A stretch of 37,991 nucleotides of DNA from assembly GCA_001643675.2 (NCBI GenBank), contig LSRY02000087.1, forward strand, positions 1-37,991, in the 5' to 3' direction. The notes beneath the pieces were generated by a model. The model worked only from the letters and a program-made list of their open reading frames with translations, made no database searches and was not told the origin of the DNA. Source of the stretch: Monocercomonoides exilis PA203. Lineage: Eukaryota > Protista > Preaxostyla. A program made the position numbers and the translations under genes. Of this stretch, positions 10,801 through 21,611 are shown in pieces (positions within the stretch are counted from its first letter, which is position 1; every line of letters starts with the position of its first letter).

Positions 10801-13800
10801 GATGTGAGTGTAAAGTACAGCATGAAGCACAACACATTTGCAGAGAACAAAGCAAGCGTGGGGAAAGATGTGTATGTGATTTGCCCGCAGGCGAGAAAGA
10901 TGCTGTATCAGGAGTTGTGGGAAGGAACAGTCGAAGAGGATGATGAAAAAGAGCGGTTTTGGGTTTATGATGAGAGTTCTGGAGTGGTAATCAACACTTC
11001 GATATTAGTTATGCTTTTTCCGGCAGGCGAGGAGATTGTATTTGTTGATGGAACAGTGATAAATTCAGAGGGGGTGTGGGCACGAAGAAACACCATGTGG
11101 CGATGTGTTGCATGGGTTCAAAGCAATGAACGAAAATCAGACCACAATAAGGATTGTGTCGGGCACATTTTTGGGATCAGTTATTGATCGAGACTCATCG
11201 CTCGCAATTGAAGGGGCAAAGGCAATTCACCCAGAGCTGGAGATAAAACAAAGCGGGCAGCTATGTGTGTCTCATGAAAACATATCCCTTTCGCTTCGAG
11301 GCTTGACTTTCAGATTTGCAACAGAACTTTCGCCAGCATTAACTTCTTCACAATTATCTTCGGTATCTTCTTTTGAGTTGAATTCTGTCTTTGCTATCAG
11401 CTGCGGACGATGCGCAGTGACAGATTGTGCATTTGGAAGAGGAGGCGAAGGAGGAGATGAAGACCAATCAGAGGTGACAAGATGGCTGGTATATGAAACC
11501 GGAGGTGCAGTTGAGATGAGTTCTGTTCAGTTTGAAAGTGTTGATTTTTGCAATGAATGTGGGATTGGACTTTGCCTTGGTGGAGAAATGGTTTGCCAAA
11601 ACGTCACAATTTCCCACATTGCAACAGATGGCCCGAATATGTTTGAAAGCAGAGGCAATGCTCGGGTGGAATTCAGCATGATGAACGTGAGCCATGCAAG
11701 AGCAGAGAAAGGACGATTTGTCACTGTGAAGGAAGGGTCGAGCTTGATGATGGGCGAGGAGTGTGCGCTTGAGGGTTGTGGGCGAAGTTCAGTGAATGGG
11801 AGTTTTGCTTGCTGCGAAATGAGCAAGGAAGCAGAGCTGAAGATAGAATCTGGGGCAATGAGCCATTGGGCATGCGACAATGAGAAAGGTTATGGAGGAT
11901 GCCTGTTCGTCAAGCTGTGTGCCGGGTTTGGTGGAGATTTTTACTTCAAAAATATTCAGTTGAGTGAGAATGATGCCTTTGAGGGGGAAGGACATGTTTG
12001 TGGAATGTGTAGAACTAAATGCATCGGTGACACAAGAAAGGTTCAGGTTTGAGCTGGCAGAGTGGGAGCGACGGGAAGGCTGCTGATCTGAAGGGTATTG
12101 ATGCAACGCGCTTTCCCTCTCCAGTGGATTTGAGGCTGTTTCTTATTCAGGCGCACTGCATGCAGGCTGTTGTGTCCAGCGAAGGGTATGACACTTTGGG
12201 CTGCGGGGTGCTGATGCATCCCTGCCAGTCATTTTGGAGAGGCTATTGCAACACGCAGGCAGACGCAGATCCAAAGGAGCTGGCAATACAGGAGGGTGCA
12301 ACAGTCAGTCGCGGATACGATATGTCTTCATTTGTTGTTGCTTCGTTGCCAGCAGAAGAATACAGCAAACTGCACATTTCACATGACATCCAGGATGGGA
12401 TATCTGGTGCAGTGTTTTGGAATGCCAAGGCGCTGTTGTTCCGCACAATCAAATTCTCATTTCCCCCAACAGCATCATCTGCCGTTCGTTCGATGATTGC
12501 TTCGTCGTCTGCAAGCTCTTTGCTGTCGATTATCAACTGCTCCATATCCAAAGCGAGTGGCGCTGCAGTTCAATATGTGGCTGTATCAGTCACAGGGGCG
12601 AGCTTGTTATTGAAAGCAGTTCGTACACATCGTCTGGCGAGTATGCTTCTGCTCCCTTTTCTGTTCGTGGCACAATGTGTGCGATAAACAGCTCATTCAG
12701 CACGGCTCAAACGAGATCAAGCAAGGAAGGAGGGCTGATGCAAATCAAAACGAGTGGCGGTGATTCGGTAAAGATGGAGGGATGCACACTGGAAGGGTGT
12801 GCATGCACTGAAGAGAATGGGAAAGGGGGGCGCTTTGTATGTTGATGGGAAAGAAGCCGTTCAGTCTAATTGTTTGCTGCTGAAAAGTGTCAATTTTGCA
12901 GCGAATCACGCACAAATCGGGGAGCACATGTTTGTTGCGTGTAAAGACCTGAATGCCACAGTGACAAAGTCGAGCTTCATGTTTTCGTTGGATTTTGTCA
13001 AGGAAGATGACAATGGGCTGATGGGAAGCGATGCAGTGCATAATGAAACAACGCTTCTGAGGTTTCTTGTGCAGTACAAAGGAAGCACAGTGCACATTGC
13101 TCGAGCCGGGTATGACTTGTTGCGATGTGGAGGAGCAGAGGATCCGTGCAGGAGCTGGACTCACGGGGTGAAGCAATTTGAGTCAGAGTCCCCACAAAAA
13201 TAGTTGTGATCGATGGAGGCTGCAACTACAAGGAGAATGGGGTGCTTTCGGATTATGAAGTGAAGTCGATTGGGGAGGAAGAAGAGGAGCAATCAAGAGC
13301 TGAGCTTTGCGTCGTGCAGGGCGATGACGAACAACATGACGTGTGCATGCGAAATGCAGGGGTGCTTTGTTTTGAAAAGATCTCGTTTGTTGTGGCAGAG
13401 GGGTTTTCAAACGAGGAAAACGGGGTGATTGTCAGCGAAGATGGGAACTTGAGGTTGACGAGCTGCGAGGCTTGGATGAACGGCAGAGCTTTGCTGGAAA
13501 ATAGCGCTTCATTTGTCGTTGTGCTGAGAGGGGCTGTGCTGCTGGAAGGAATGACAGTGAGCCGCTCATCGTTTGGAAGAAGTTTGATGGAAATAGCGTC
13601 TCATGTGGATTGTGTGTTGGATTCTGTCAGTGCAGAATTGATAAATGTTGAAGAAGGATGCATAATTAGCATGAGAGATGACGACTCTGAGCAAATGAAC
13701 AGCAAAAACGCTGGAGCAGGGATTTCATTAAACAAGTGCTCATTCAAGAATATCACAAACAACGGAGAGAGCGGAAGCGTTGTGGTTGTTGGAGGAAGAG

Positions 13801-16800
13801 GCAGTGGAAGCAAACTTTGCATTAATTCGAGTATGCTTGAAATGTGCACAAGCAGCAATTCGCAGAAAGGAGGGGCAATTCTGTTTCGATTGAGCTCTGG
13901 CGGATGCTTGGACGTGAGGGGTTCGACGATTGGGCTGTGCAGCTGTTCGGCACAGAATGGGTGTGGAGGCGGCTTCTATGTTGAGGCTGTGCATGCAGGA
14001 AGCCTGAACATGCTTTTTGCTAATATCAAGTTCGACTCGAACATTGCGCATATCGGGAGGGATTTGTTTGTGGAGTGCAACAACATCAAAGAGCAGATCA
14101 ACGAGACGCAGTTCCAGTTTGATCTGAGAGAATCGAAGTACAACAGGCTGAATGCAATATTTGGAATAGACAGAGCAGAGTTGTGTGTGGAGGCAGTGAA
14201 TCTGATTGAGTTTATTGTGATATATCAGAATGACACGATCTTCACGAGCTCGGATGATGGATCAGCAAGTGAAGACAGCAAAAACTGTGGAACTCAGGCG
14301 CTTCCATGCTTGTCGGTTGGGTATGCTGTTGGCCATCTCACATATGACTTTGAAAGCCAGATTGTGGTTGTTGGAGAAGGGTTGATTGGAAAGGAAGTGG
14401 ACGTGGCAAATGTATCGATACGATCGCGGGGATCAGAGACTGCACTTCTGCGCATTGGCACACAACTGGAATGCACACGCCAGTATGTGGTGCTGTGTTC
14501 GGAGGCAGTTTTCTTCAGGGGGATTTCGTTTGTTGTTTGTGCAGAGAGCATGCGTGGTCATGGATGCTTTGTGGAGTGCAGCAGAGGCACAACACAAATG
14601 ACAAGGTGCTCGTTTCGAAGCGATGCAGAGATGGGAGATTCCACCAAGATAAATGCCATTTTGGTGCAAGTGGAGGCAAGGGGATGTCTGCAACTGGAAA
14701 ACACAACACTGAGACAGATATCGTCAGAATGTCCGCTGATAGCATGTGAAGGACAATCAACGCTGCGCTGCACTTCCCTAATCATGGAATCGCTTTTCTG
14801 TGCATGTGATGCGATTCTTGTAAAAGAATGCGAATTATTGGGCATGGAAAAAGTCGAGTGCCATGATGTTGTGTGCGGCAGTGGAGCGCTGTTTGCCTTT
14901 CAGGGAATAAATGCTGGTGAGAGGAGTGGAAACAGTGAAGAATACTCTCTTTCAATGGGCTCATTTAAAAATATATCAATCGAGGCAAGAAAGCAAACAC
15001 TTTTCTGTTTTACGCGCTTAACAAATCTGCGAATGCGAAACATCACTTTTAGCAGATGCTCGGCACTTGTGCAGAATGGCATGTTGCTATCTTCTGATAG
15101 ATGCCATGAAACAGAAATTGAATACTGCAGCTTTAGCGGGAAAGGAATGGACGACACCGTGGAGTCAAAGACGCCAAGAAGCGAGATATGCAAATGGAAT
15201 GGATCACTAGTTGCCCTGCAACAGTCTGAGACAATAATAAGAGGCACCACCATATCAGAATCGCCAATCGGGGGATTATTTGTGTCTGGAGGGAATGTGA
15301 TGATAGATCAAGGGGAGTTTCGGGACAACAATGCAAAGGTGAAAGGATATCCATCTGCACGAAGGAATATAGCATGCGCTGATCGTGGCATGCTGTCAAT
15401 CGCAAGCCTGAAAGGAGGAGACGGCATGTTGCCAAGCACATCCATGTGGATTGCAAATAGCAATTGTGTGCTTGGTGGAATTGCTTCAGAGCGAGCATCA
15501 TCATTTTTTATCCCTGTGCTAGAGTCGGTGAAGATGGAAAAAGGAGAAATTACAACAGAGCTCACATTCATCGGAAGGCTTCTTCTTCCATGCAATCTGA
15601 CAGTTCAGATAGCTTTTTCAATTGGAAGTGAGTCTCAAATAGAAAAGCAAAATATGAATGAGAGCGACTACAAATCTGAAACTGAGATTCACAGCTGGAT
15701 ACCTTCCACAAAAATAAATGGAGTATCGGAAGAGGTTGAAGTGTCAGTGTGCATTCTGTTTGGAGACGAGAGCATTCGGCGACCAACTGATTCTTTCATC
15801 CTGAAGAACAGGAGCGAGCAGAAGAGCTTTGGCGATGAGAAAATAACAGAAGGAGCACAAAGCCCAAATGCATCATGGCCAGTTATTGTTTGCATCGCAG
15901 TAGTAGTAATTCTTTTAATAACATTGATTATATTTATAGTCCGATGGAGAAAGCAAAAGAGAAGAACAGAAGAGCTGGAAGTGATTGTTGAAGACACAGT
16001 GAAGAAGGATCCGAAAGCGTTTGAGATGGTGACGATGGAGATGTCACCCGAGGAGCAGTGGAGGAGAGCTGAGAGGGAGGCAGAGAAGAAGAATGAAGAG
16101 AGGATAAAGAAGAGAGTGTATGAGAAAAGCTTGGGACATTCAGAGTCATCAGAGCATTTGTTGAGTGAGAGTGGCTCAACAGAATACATCTTGGGGAGAG
16201 ATTCAGACAAGATCCCTCAATGGATGCTTGAGAAGGTTGAAGATGAGGAAGAGACGAGGAAAAGAACACCATCGCCATCCATTTCATCCACCTCAACAAC
16301 AGACACTACAGACACAGACACAACATTTGTTCGAGGAGAGGATCTGTGTCCAACCACCTCATCGATGTCGAATCTGGTGGATGCAATGGCCTGTTCATCG
16401 CCACATGAGAAGCTCATTGTGGACTTGAGGGATTCGCTGTTCATGTTGCTTCATGGAAGGAATGAGAAGAAAGAGATGGCGATAGGCACTCTGCAGGAGC
16501 GGGAGGTCTCGGCTGCTCAGATCCTGTTCTGGGTGGCCAACCTTGCCCTCCACTCATTTGATGAAGAACAGGAATTGCCTTCTCTTGCCAACCTCAGCCC
16601 TCACATCGTGCTGTTTTCTGAGCACATGGTGATCTGCATTGCACTCCACTCCGACTGCTCCTCAGACTCAGACACTTCATCCACTTTTTCTTCCACCTCG
16701 ACAATTGTCACCTCTTCCTCTGATGTTTCTGTGAAGAGCGAGAGATTCTCAAAATCACCACCACCTTCGTCGGCCTTTGAGGATGAGGATGACAACCGGA

Positions 16801-17201
16801 AAGAGTGTCTGCGGTGGAAGGCGCCAGAGCTGCTGATGAACAAAGATCTGGGAGCCACAAAGAAGACAGTTGTGTTCTCGATTGGGATGATGCTGTGGGA
16901 GAGTCTGACGCTGGAGATCCCGTTTGGCGAGTATGAAGCAGAGGTGGCGGGGATGTGGCTGAAAGAAGGAAAGCGGCCGAAGACGGGAGGACTGGAAGGG
17001 AGCAGGCTGGAAGGGCTGGTGAAAGGGTGCTTTTCGCAAGAGGCGAGGGACAGGTGCACTCTGACAGATGTGAAGCGGGTGCTAATTGGGCTGTTCCCGG
17101 CCGGGACAGTCATGCTCACAGTGACCGATGCGATTGGGCTGGAGGAAGAATCAGGAAGCTACAGGAAATACAGCAGGTTCAGTGGGGAAGGAAGCAACTG
17201 A
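4820..17201 (+). CDS. Giant (~4100 aa reconstructed) type-I membrane protein with Cys/Gly-rich beta-helix-like (pectin-lyase/Pmp-like) ectodomain, TM helix and tyrosine-kinase-like pseudokinase tail; frameshifted in this sequence (copy 1)
   Basis: ATG 4820 begins the signal-peptide-like MLDKCLLISAFISISFQLAA. Overlapping ORFs at 4820, 5152, 5310, 6326, 6709, 7055, 7288, 7921, 8706, 10723, 11105, 12049, 12417, 12799 and 13206 chain into one protein by +/-1 shifts. It carries repeated GGA[LIV]/GGG motifs and D-x3-CG-x4-PC motifs, a TM at 15876-15941, RWKAPE...VFSIGMMLWE, and a TGA stop at 17201. Confidence 0.82.
13206..17201 (+). CDS. Uninterrupted C-terminal 1331 codons of copy 1 (last ectodomain modules, TM, Ser/Glu-rich linker, pseudokinase C-lobe)
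   Basis: 4-kb open frame. The listed start is not a real initiation site but follows a frameshift at ~13195; the mirror copy reads through this point. Confidence 0.9.
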   Translation: MIDGGCNYKENGVLSDYEVKSIGEEEEEQSRAELCVVQGDDEQHDVCMRNAGVLCFEKISFVVAEGFSNEENGVIVSEDGNLRLTSCEAWMNGRALLENSASFVVVLRGAVLLEGMTVSRSSFGRSLMEIASHVDCVLDSVSAELINVEEGCIISMRDDDSEQMNSKNAGAGISLNKCSFKNITNNGESGSVVVVGGRGSGSKLCINSSMLEMCTSSNSQKGGAILFRLSSGGCLDVRGSTIGLCSCSAQNGCGGGFYVEAVHAGSLNMLFANIKFDSNIAHIGRDLFVECNNIKEQINETQFQFDLRESKYNRLNAIFGIDRAELCVEAVNLIEFIVIYQNDTIFTSSDDGSASEDSKNCGTQALPCLSVGYAVGHLTYDFESQIVVVGEGLIGKEVDVANVSIRSRGSETALLRIGTQLECTRQYVVLCSEAVFFRGISFVVCAESMRGHGCFVECSRGTTQMTRCSFRSDAEMGDSTKINAILVQVEARGCLQLENTTLRQISSECPLIACEGQSTLRCTSLIMESLFCACDAILVKECELLGMEKVECHDVVCGSGALFAFQGINAGERSGNSEEYSLSMGSFKNISIEARKQTLFCFTRLTNLRMRNITFSRCSALVQNGMLLSSDRCHETEIEYCSFSGKGMDDTVESKTPRSEICKWNGSLVALQQSETIIRGTTISESPIGGLFVSGGNVMIDQGEFRDNNAKVKGYPSARRNIACADRGMLSIASLKGGDGMLPSTSMWIANSNCVLGGIASERASSFFIPVLESVKMEKGEITTELTFIGRLLLPCNLTVQIAFSIGSESQIEKQNMNESDYKSETEIHSWIPSTKINGVSEEVEVSVCILFGDESIRRPTDSFILKNRSEQKSFGDEKITEGAQSPNASWPVIVCIAVVVILLITLIIFIVRWRKQKRRTEELEVIVEDTVKKDPKAFEMVTMEMSPEEQWRRAEREAEKKNEERIKKRVYEKSLGHSESSEHLLSESGSTEYILGRDSDKIPQWMLEKVEDEEETRKRTPSPSISSTSTTDTTDTDTTFVRGEDLCPTTSSMSNLVDAMACSSPHEKLIVDLRDSLFMLLHGRNEKKEMAIGTLQEREVSAAQILFWVANLALHSFDEEQELPSLANLSPHIVLFSEHMVICIALHSDCSSDSDTSSTFSSTSTIVTSSSDVSVKSERFSKSPPPSSAFEDEDDNRKECLRWKAPELLMNKDLGATKKTVVFSIGMMLWESLTLEIPFGEYEAEVAGMWLKEGKRPKTGGLEGSRLEGLVKGCFSQEARDRCTLTDVKRVLIGLFPAGTVMLTVTDAIGLEEESGSYRKYSRFSGEGSN

Positions 17202-18101
17202 GAAGGCAGAAATTAAAGTGAGCGTGATTTTGACGGATGAGCATAACAATGTTTGAAAATGGAATGACAAAGAAAAGAGAAACGGAAAAAGAAGAGGCTA
17301 GTGGAATTGGTCACACAAGATTTCACAGATAGAAGATCCATTGAAGAAGCATTGGAAGCAAATGAATGGATGGATTGCAGCCGCATTTTGTGTGACGAAT
17401 ATGGTGAGATGCCCGTCATCACGCACAATTGCGATATCTGCTTGAATTTATCTTGCTCTCTTTTCTTTTCTTTCTTTTATTTTTTCCTTTATATTTTTTG
17501 TTTGTGAAGAAAGGATTTCTTCTACGTGCCTTTTCTTCTATTGGCTGATTCATGGCATTTGCATGCACGTGCCACATACACTCTGCATTTCAGCACATGT
17601 CTATTTTTGAGGCATTGGCTTTCTTCCAAGTTGAATTATGTTATTAATAGTATTTTTCATTTCAAAGAAATTCACCAAAAAAATGATTCAAAATCGGGAG
17701 AAAAAATCAATCAAGAAAGCACGATTATGATTCAAAAAATTCTTTGTTTTAACTAAATATAAATTCTATTGTTGTTTCAATTTAAAATCAAATAATAATT
17801 TTTTATTTGTTAATTCAATACTTGAATTTATGATGATATTAGAAGCAATATTCCACACTTTTTTGGATGTTATTTAATTGTTTGACTGTTAGCACATAAA
17901 CAAAAGTGTTTCTGAAAAATCACTGAAAAAAAAAATTCTTATTCATTTTAATAAAATTCAACAAACCAATTTGTGATTATATTTTTTATTGAAAAAACAA
18001 GATAGTTATTTGTATTAAAGGTAAGAGTGAACTCAACCGACACCCTAAAATTAACATCCATAATCATTTTCCCAACATATTAAATGATAAATATTTAATA
18101 T

Positions 18102-18358
18102 GGGTGATTATTTTTGAAATCATAACTTTTTTCGGGATGCTGATTATTTTGATAATTCATTGTCAAAGAGAATCAATTAATCTTTGAAATGAAAAAATCA
18201 TTTCAATTGTGTCAAAAGCCAATATTTGATGAAAATGGAATACAAAGATTGTCTTTATAGGATTTATCACTTTCCTGTGTCCATTTATCAATATTCAAAA
18301 CGATATTATCAAATCGAATTTTTTGTTCAAAAAAATATGATTTCAAAAATAATCATCC
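18102..18358. mobile_element. MITE (family A), 257 bp, ATAT target-site duplication
   Basis: ATAT|GGGTGATTATTTTTGAAATCATA...TATGATTTCAAAAATAATCATCC|ATAT; the TIRs match at 22/23. Confidence 0.85.
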
Positions 18359-19293
18359 ATATATTCTAATTTTATTTAGAAAAATAACTATATTCAAATA
18401 TTAAAAATCATCTCTTTCTTATCATTTATTTACAAAAATAATTAGATTTTCTAGGAAAACCCTAACTTTTTTTTACCTTTTCTTAACCATAGCAAATAAA
18501 ACGCGAAAACAATTAGTCGTATAACACTAAAAAATCTTCAATTCAGAGATTGTTTAAGAAAAGAAATAACATAAATATGAATGTAATGAGTGTGATCAAA
18601 ATAGGTGTCGATTGATGCCACTTTTGCCGTGTTAAAAAAATTATTATTAAAATAATTTTTAGTCTGTTCGCGTGTGAAAAAGTTTTCAAAAATAGCAAGC
18701 AAAAGTGTTTGTGCACATAATTTTTCGTTGGCACTTCATCAAAAGAAATAATTGTTTATCATCGAAACTTTATTATTTTAATTTCCGAGAGCGTATTGCA
18801 TAAAAGAAACGGAATAAAAAAATTCACACAAAATTTAGTGAGATTGCGTTCATAATTATTTCAATCTGAAAATCAATATGAATATATTTCACTTGATTCT
18901 GATTTTTTTTAAAAGAGAAAAATATATCATTTTTTTTTAATATCACATATTTGTCAGATTTTAAAATTCACTCAACCAACATCGTTGAATTCCCAACAAA
19001 TATTTCAAAATTTGCATTCAAAATTCAAAGTTCTTGAACCATGATAATATCAATAAATTCAGAAAGAAATGATAAATATCAGCATTATAGGAACTTAAAA
19101 ATTTTATGGTAAATTATGAATATGACAAACGATTATCAACACTTTTCTCAAAATGATTATTTTCTTTTGTTTTTTTGAATGTTTTTCGAATGAATCAATT
19201 CTCTTAATTGCTATTTATTTCTTTCCTTTCAAAAATGAAATGAATTTCACCTGTGTGACTGTTTCAAAAATCAAACCATTTTTACTGAAAATT

Positions 19294-19545
19294 GGGTTAT
19301 TCTTTTTGAAAAGTCGCAAATATTCAATTAATTATGATTAATATAGAAGCCTCCATTTTAATTAGAAATGATTTATGATGAAAGCAAGCACCAAGTTAAA
19401 AACAGAATAATCTCGTTTTGTGAACATGTAATTGAAAGAATAGTTTTGTTTTTTGACAGATCAGTTCTCAACATTGATCAAAATGGAGGTATCTTTATTA
19501 ATCATAATTAATTGAATATTTGCGACTTTTCAAAAAGAATAACCC
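19294..19545. mobile_element. MITE (family B), 252 bp, on the symmetry axis of the giant palindrome; AATT flanks
   Basis: AATT|GGGTTATTCTTTTTGAAAAGTCGCAAATATTCAATT matches the right TIR of the 920-1144 element (GGGTGATTC-TTTTGAAAAGTCGCAAATGTTTAATT) at about 32/36. The TIR is perfect over 19294-19343, continues with 3 mismatches to 19359/19480, and encloses a 120-bp non-palindromic core at 19360-19479. Confidence 0.82.
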
Positions 19546-20469
19546 AATTTTCAGTAAAAATGGTTTGATTTTTGAAACAGTCACACAGGTGAAATTCATT
19601 TCATTTTTGAAAGGAAAGAAATAAATAGCAATTAAGAGAATTGATTCATTCGAAAAACATTCAAAAAAACAAAAGAAAATAATCATTTTGAGAAAAGTGT
19701 TGATAATCGTTTGTCATATTCATAATTTACCATAAAATTTTTAAGTTCCTATAATGCTGATATTTATCATTTCTTTCTGAATTTATTGATATTATCATGG
19801 TTCAAGAACTTTGAATTTTGAATGCAAATTTTGAAATATTTGTTGGGAATTCAACGATGTTGGTTGAGTGAATTTTAAAATCTGACAAATATGTGATATT
19901 AAAAAAATGATATATTTTTCTCTTTAAAAAATCAGAATCAAGTGAAATATATTCATATTGATTTTCAGATTGAAATAATTATGAACGCAATCTCACTAAA
20001 TTTTGTGTGAATTTTTTTATTCCGTTTCTTTATGCAATACGCTCTCGGAAATTAAAATAATAAAGTTTCGATGATAAACAATTATTTCTTTTGATGAAGT
20101 GCCAACGAAAAATTATGTGCACAAACACTTTTGCTTGCTATTTTTGAAAACTTTTCACACGCGAACAGACTAAAAATTATTTTAATAATAATTTTTTAAC
20201 ACGGCAAAAGTGGCATCAATCGACACCTATTTTGATCACACTCATTACATTCATATTTATGTTATTTCTTTTCTTAAACAATCTCTGAATTGAAGATTTT
20301 TAGTGTTATACGACTAATTGTTTTCGCGTTTTATTTGCTATGGTTAAGAAAAGGTAAAAAAGTTAGGGTTTTCCTAGAAAATCTAATTATTTTTGTAAAT
20401 AAATGATAAGAAAGAGATGATTTTTAATATTTGAATATAGTTATTTTTCTAAATAAAATTAGAATATAT

Positions 20470-20721
20470 GGATGATTATTTTTGAAATCATATTTTTTGA
20501 ACAAAAAATTCGATTTGATAATATCGTTTTGAATATTGATAAATGGACACAGGAAAGTGATAAATCCTATAAAGACAATCTTTGTATTCCATTTTCATCA
20601 AATATTGGCTTTTGACACAATTGAAATGATTTTTCATTTCAAAGATTAATTGATTCTCTTGACAATGAATTATCAAAATAATCAGCATCCCGAAAAAGTT
20701 ATGATTTCAAAATAATCACCC
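20470..20721. mobile_element. MITE (family A), mirror copy of 18102-18358
   Basis: ATAT|GGATGATTATTTTTGAAATCATA...TATGATTTCAAAATAATCACCC|ATAT. Confidence 0.85.
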
Positions 20722-21611
20722 ATATTAAATATTTATCATTTAATATGTTGGGAAAATGATTATGGATGTTAATTTTAGGGTGTCGGTTGAGTTCACTCTT
20801 ACCTTTAATACAAATAACTATCTTGTTTTTTCAATAAAAAATATAATCACAAATTGGTTTGTTGAATTTTATTAAAATGAATAAGAATTTTTTTCAGTGA
20901 TTTTTCAGAAACACTTTTGTTTATGTGCTAACAGTCAAACAATTAAATAACATCCAAAAAGTGTGGAATATTGCTTCTAATATCATCATAAATTCAAGTA
21001 TTGAATTAACAAATAAAAATTATTATTTGATTTTAAATTGAAACAACAATAGAATTTATATTTAGTTAAAACAAAGAATTTTTTGAATCATAATCGTGCT
21101 TTCTTGATTGATTTTTCTCCCGATTTTGAATCATTTTTTGGTGAATTTCTTTGAAATGAAAAATACTATTAATAACATAATTCAACTTGGAAGAAAGCCA
21201 ATGCCTCAAAATAGACATGTGCTGAAATGCAGAGTGTATGTGGCACGTGCATGCAAATGCCATGAATCAGCCAATAGAAGAAAAGGCACGTAGAAGAAAT
21301 CCTTTCTTCACAAACAAAAATATAAAGGAAAAATAAAAGAAAGAAAAGAAAAGAGAGCAAGATAAATTCAAGCAGATATCGCAATTGTGCGTGATGACGG
21401 GCATCTCACCATATTCGTCACACAAAATGCGGCTGCAATCCATCCATTCATTTGCTTCCAATGCTTCTTCAATGGATCTTCTATCTGTGAAATCTTGTGT
21501 GACCAATTCCACTAGCCTCTTCTTTTTCCGTTTCTCTTTTCTTTGTCATTCCATTTTCAAACATTGTTATGCTCATCCGTCAAAATCACGCTCACTTTAA
21601 TTTCTGCCTTC

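Larger units (their letters stand above)
4750..19343 (+). repeat. Left arm of giant inverted repeat (14,594 bp)
   Basis: Reverse complement of 19496-34054. The ORF track is mirrored: 13206-17201+ vs 21612-25973-, 8706+ vs 30094-, 19153-19341+ vs 19498-19686-. Confidence 0.97.

Noticed and set aside
5100-13205. Programmed ribosomal frameshifting or tiny introns explaining the broken frames
   Set aside because: No common slippery motif or GT-AG AT-rich gaps at the shift sites, and many shifts are absent from the other arm.
17301-17507. 68-aa ORF downstream of the giant gene (mirror 21267-21512)
   Set aside because: GTG start, runs into a T-rich tract, and the frame differs between arms; at most a degraded fragment or 3' UTR.
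19153-19686. Mirror pair of 62-aa ORFs at the palindrome centre
   Set aside because: AT-rich non-coding sequence running into the MITE TIR; their identity is just the symmetry.
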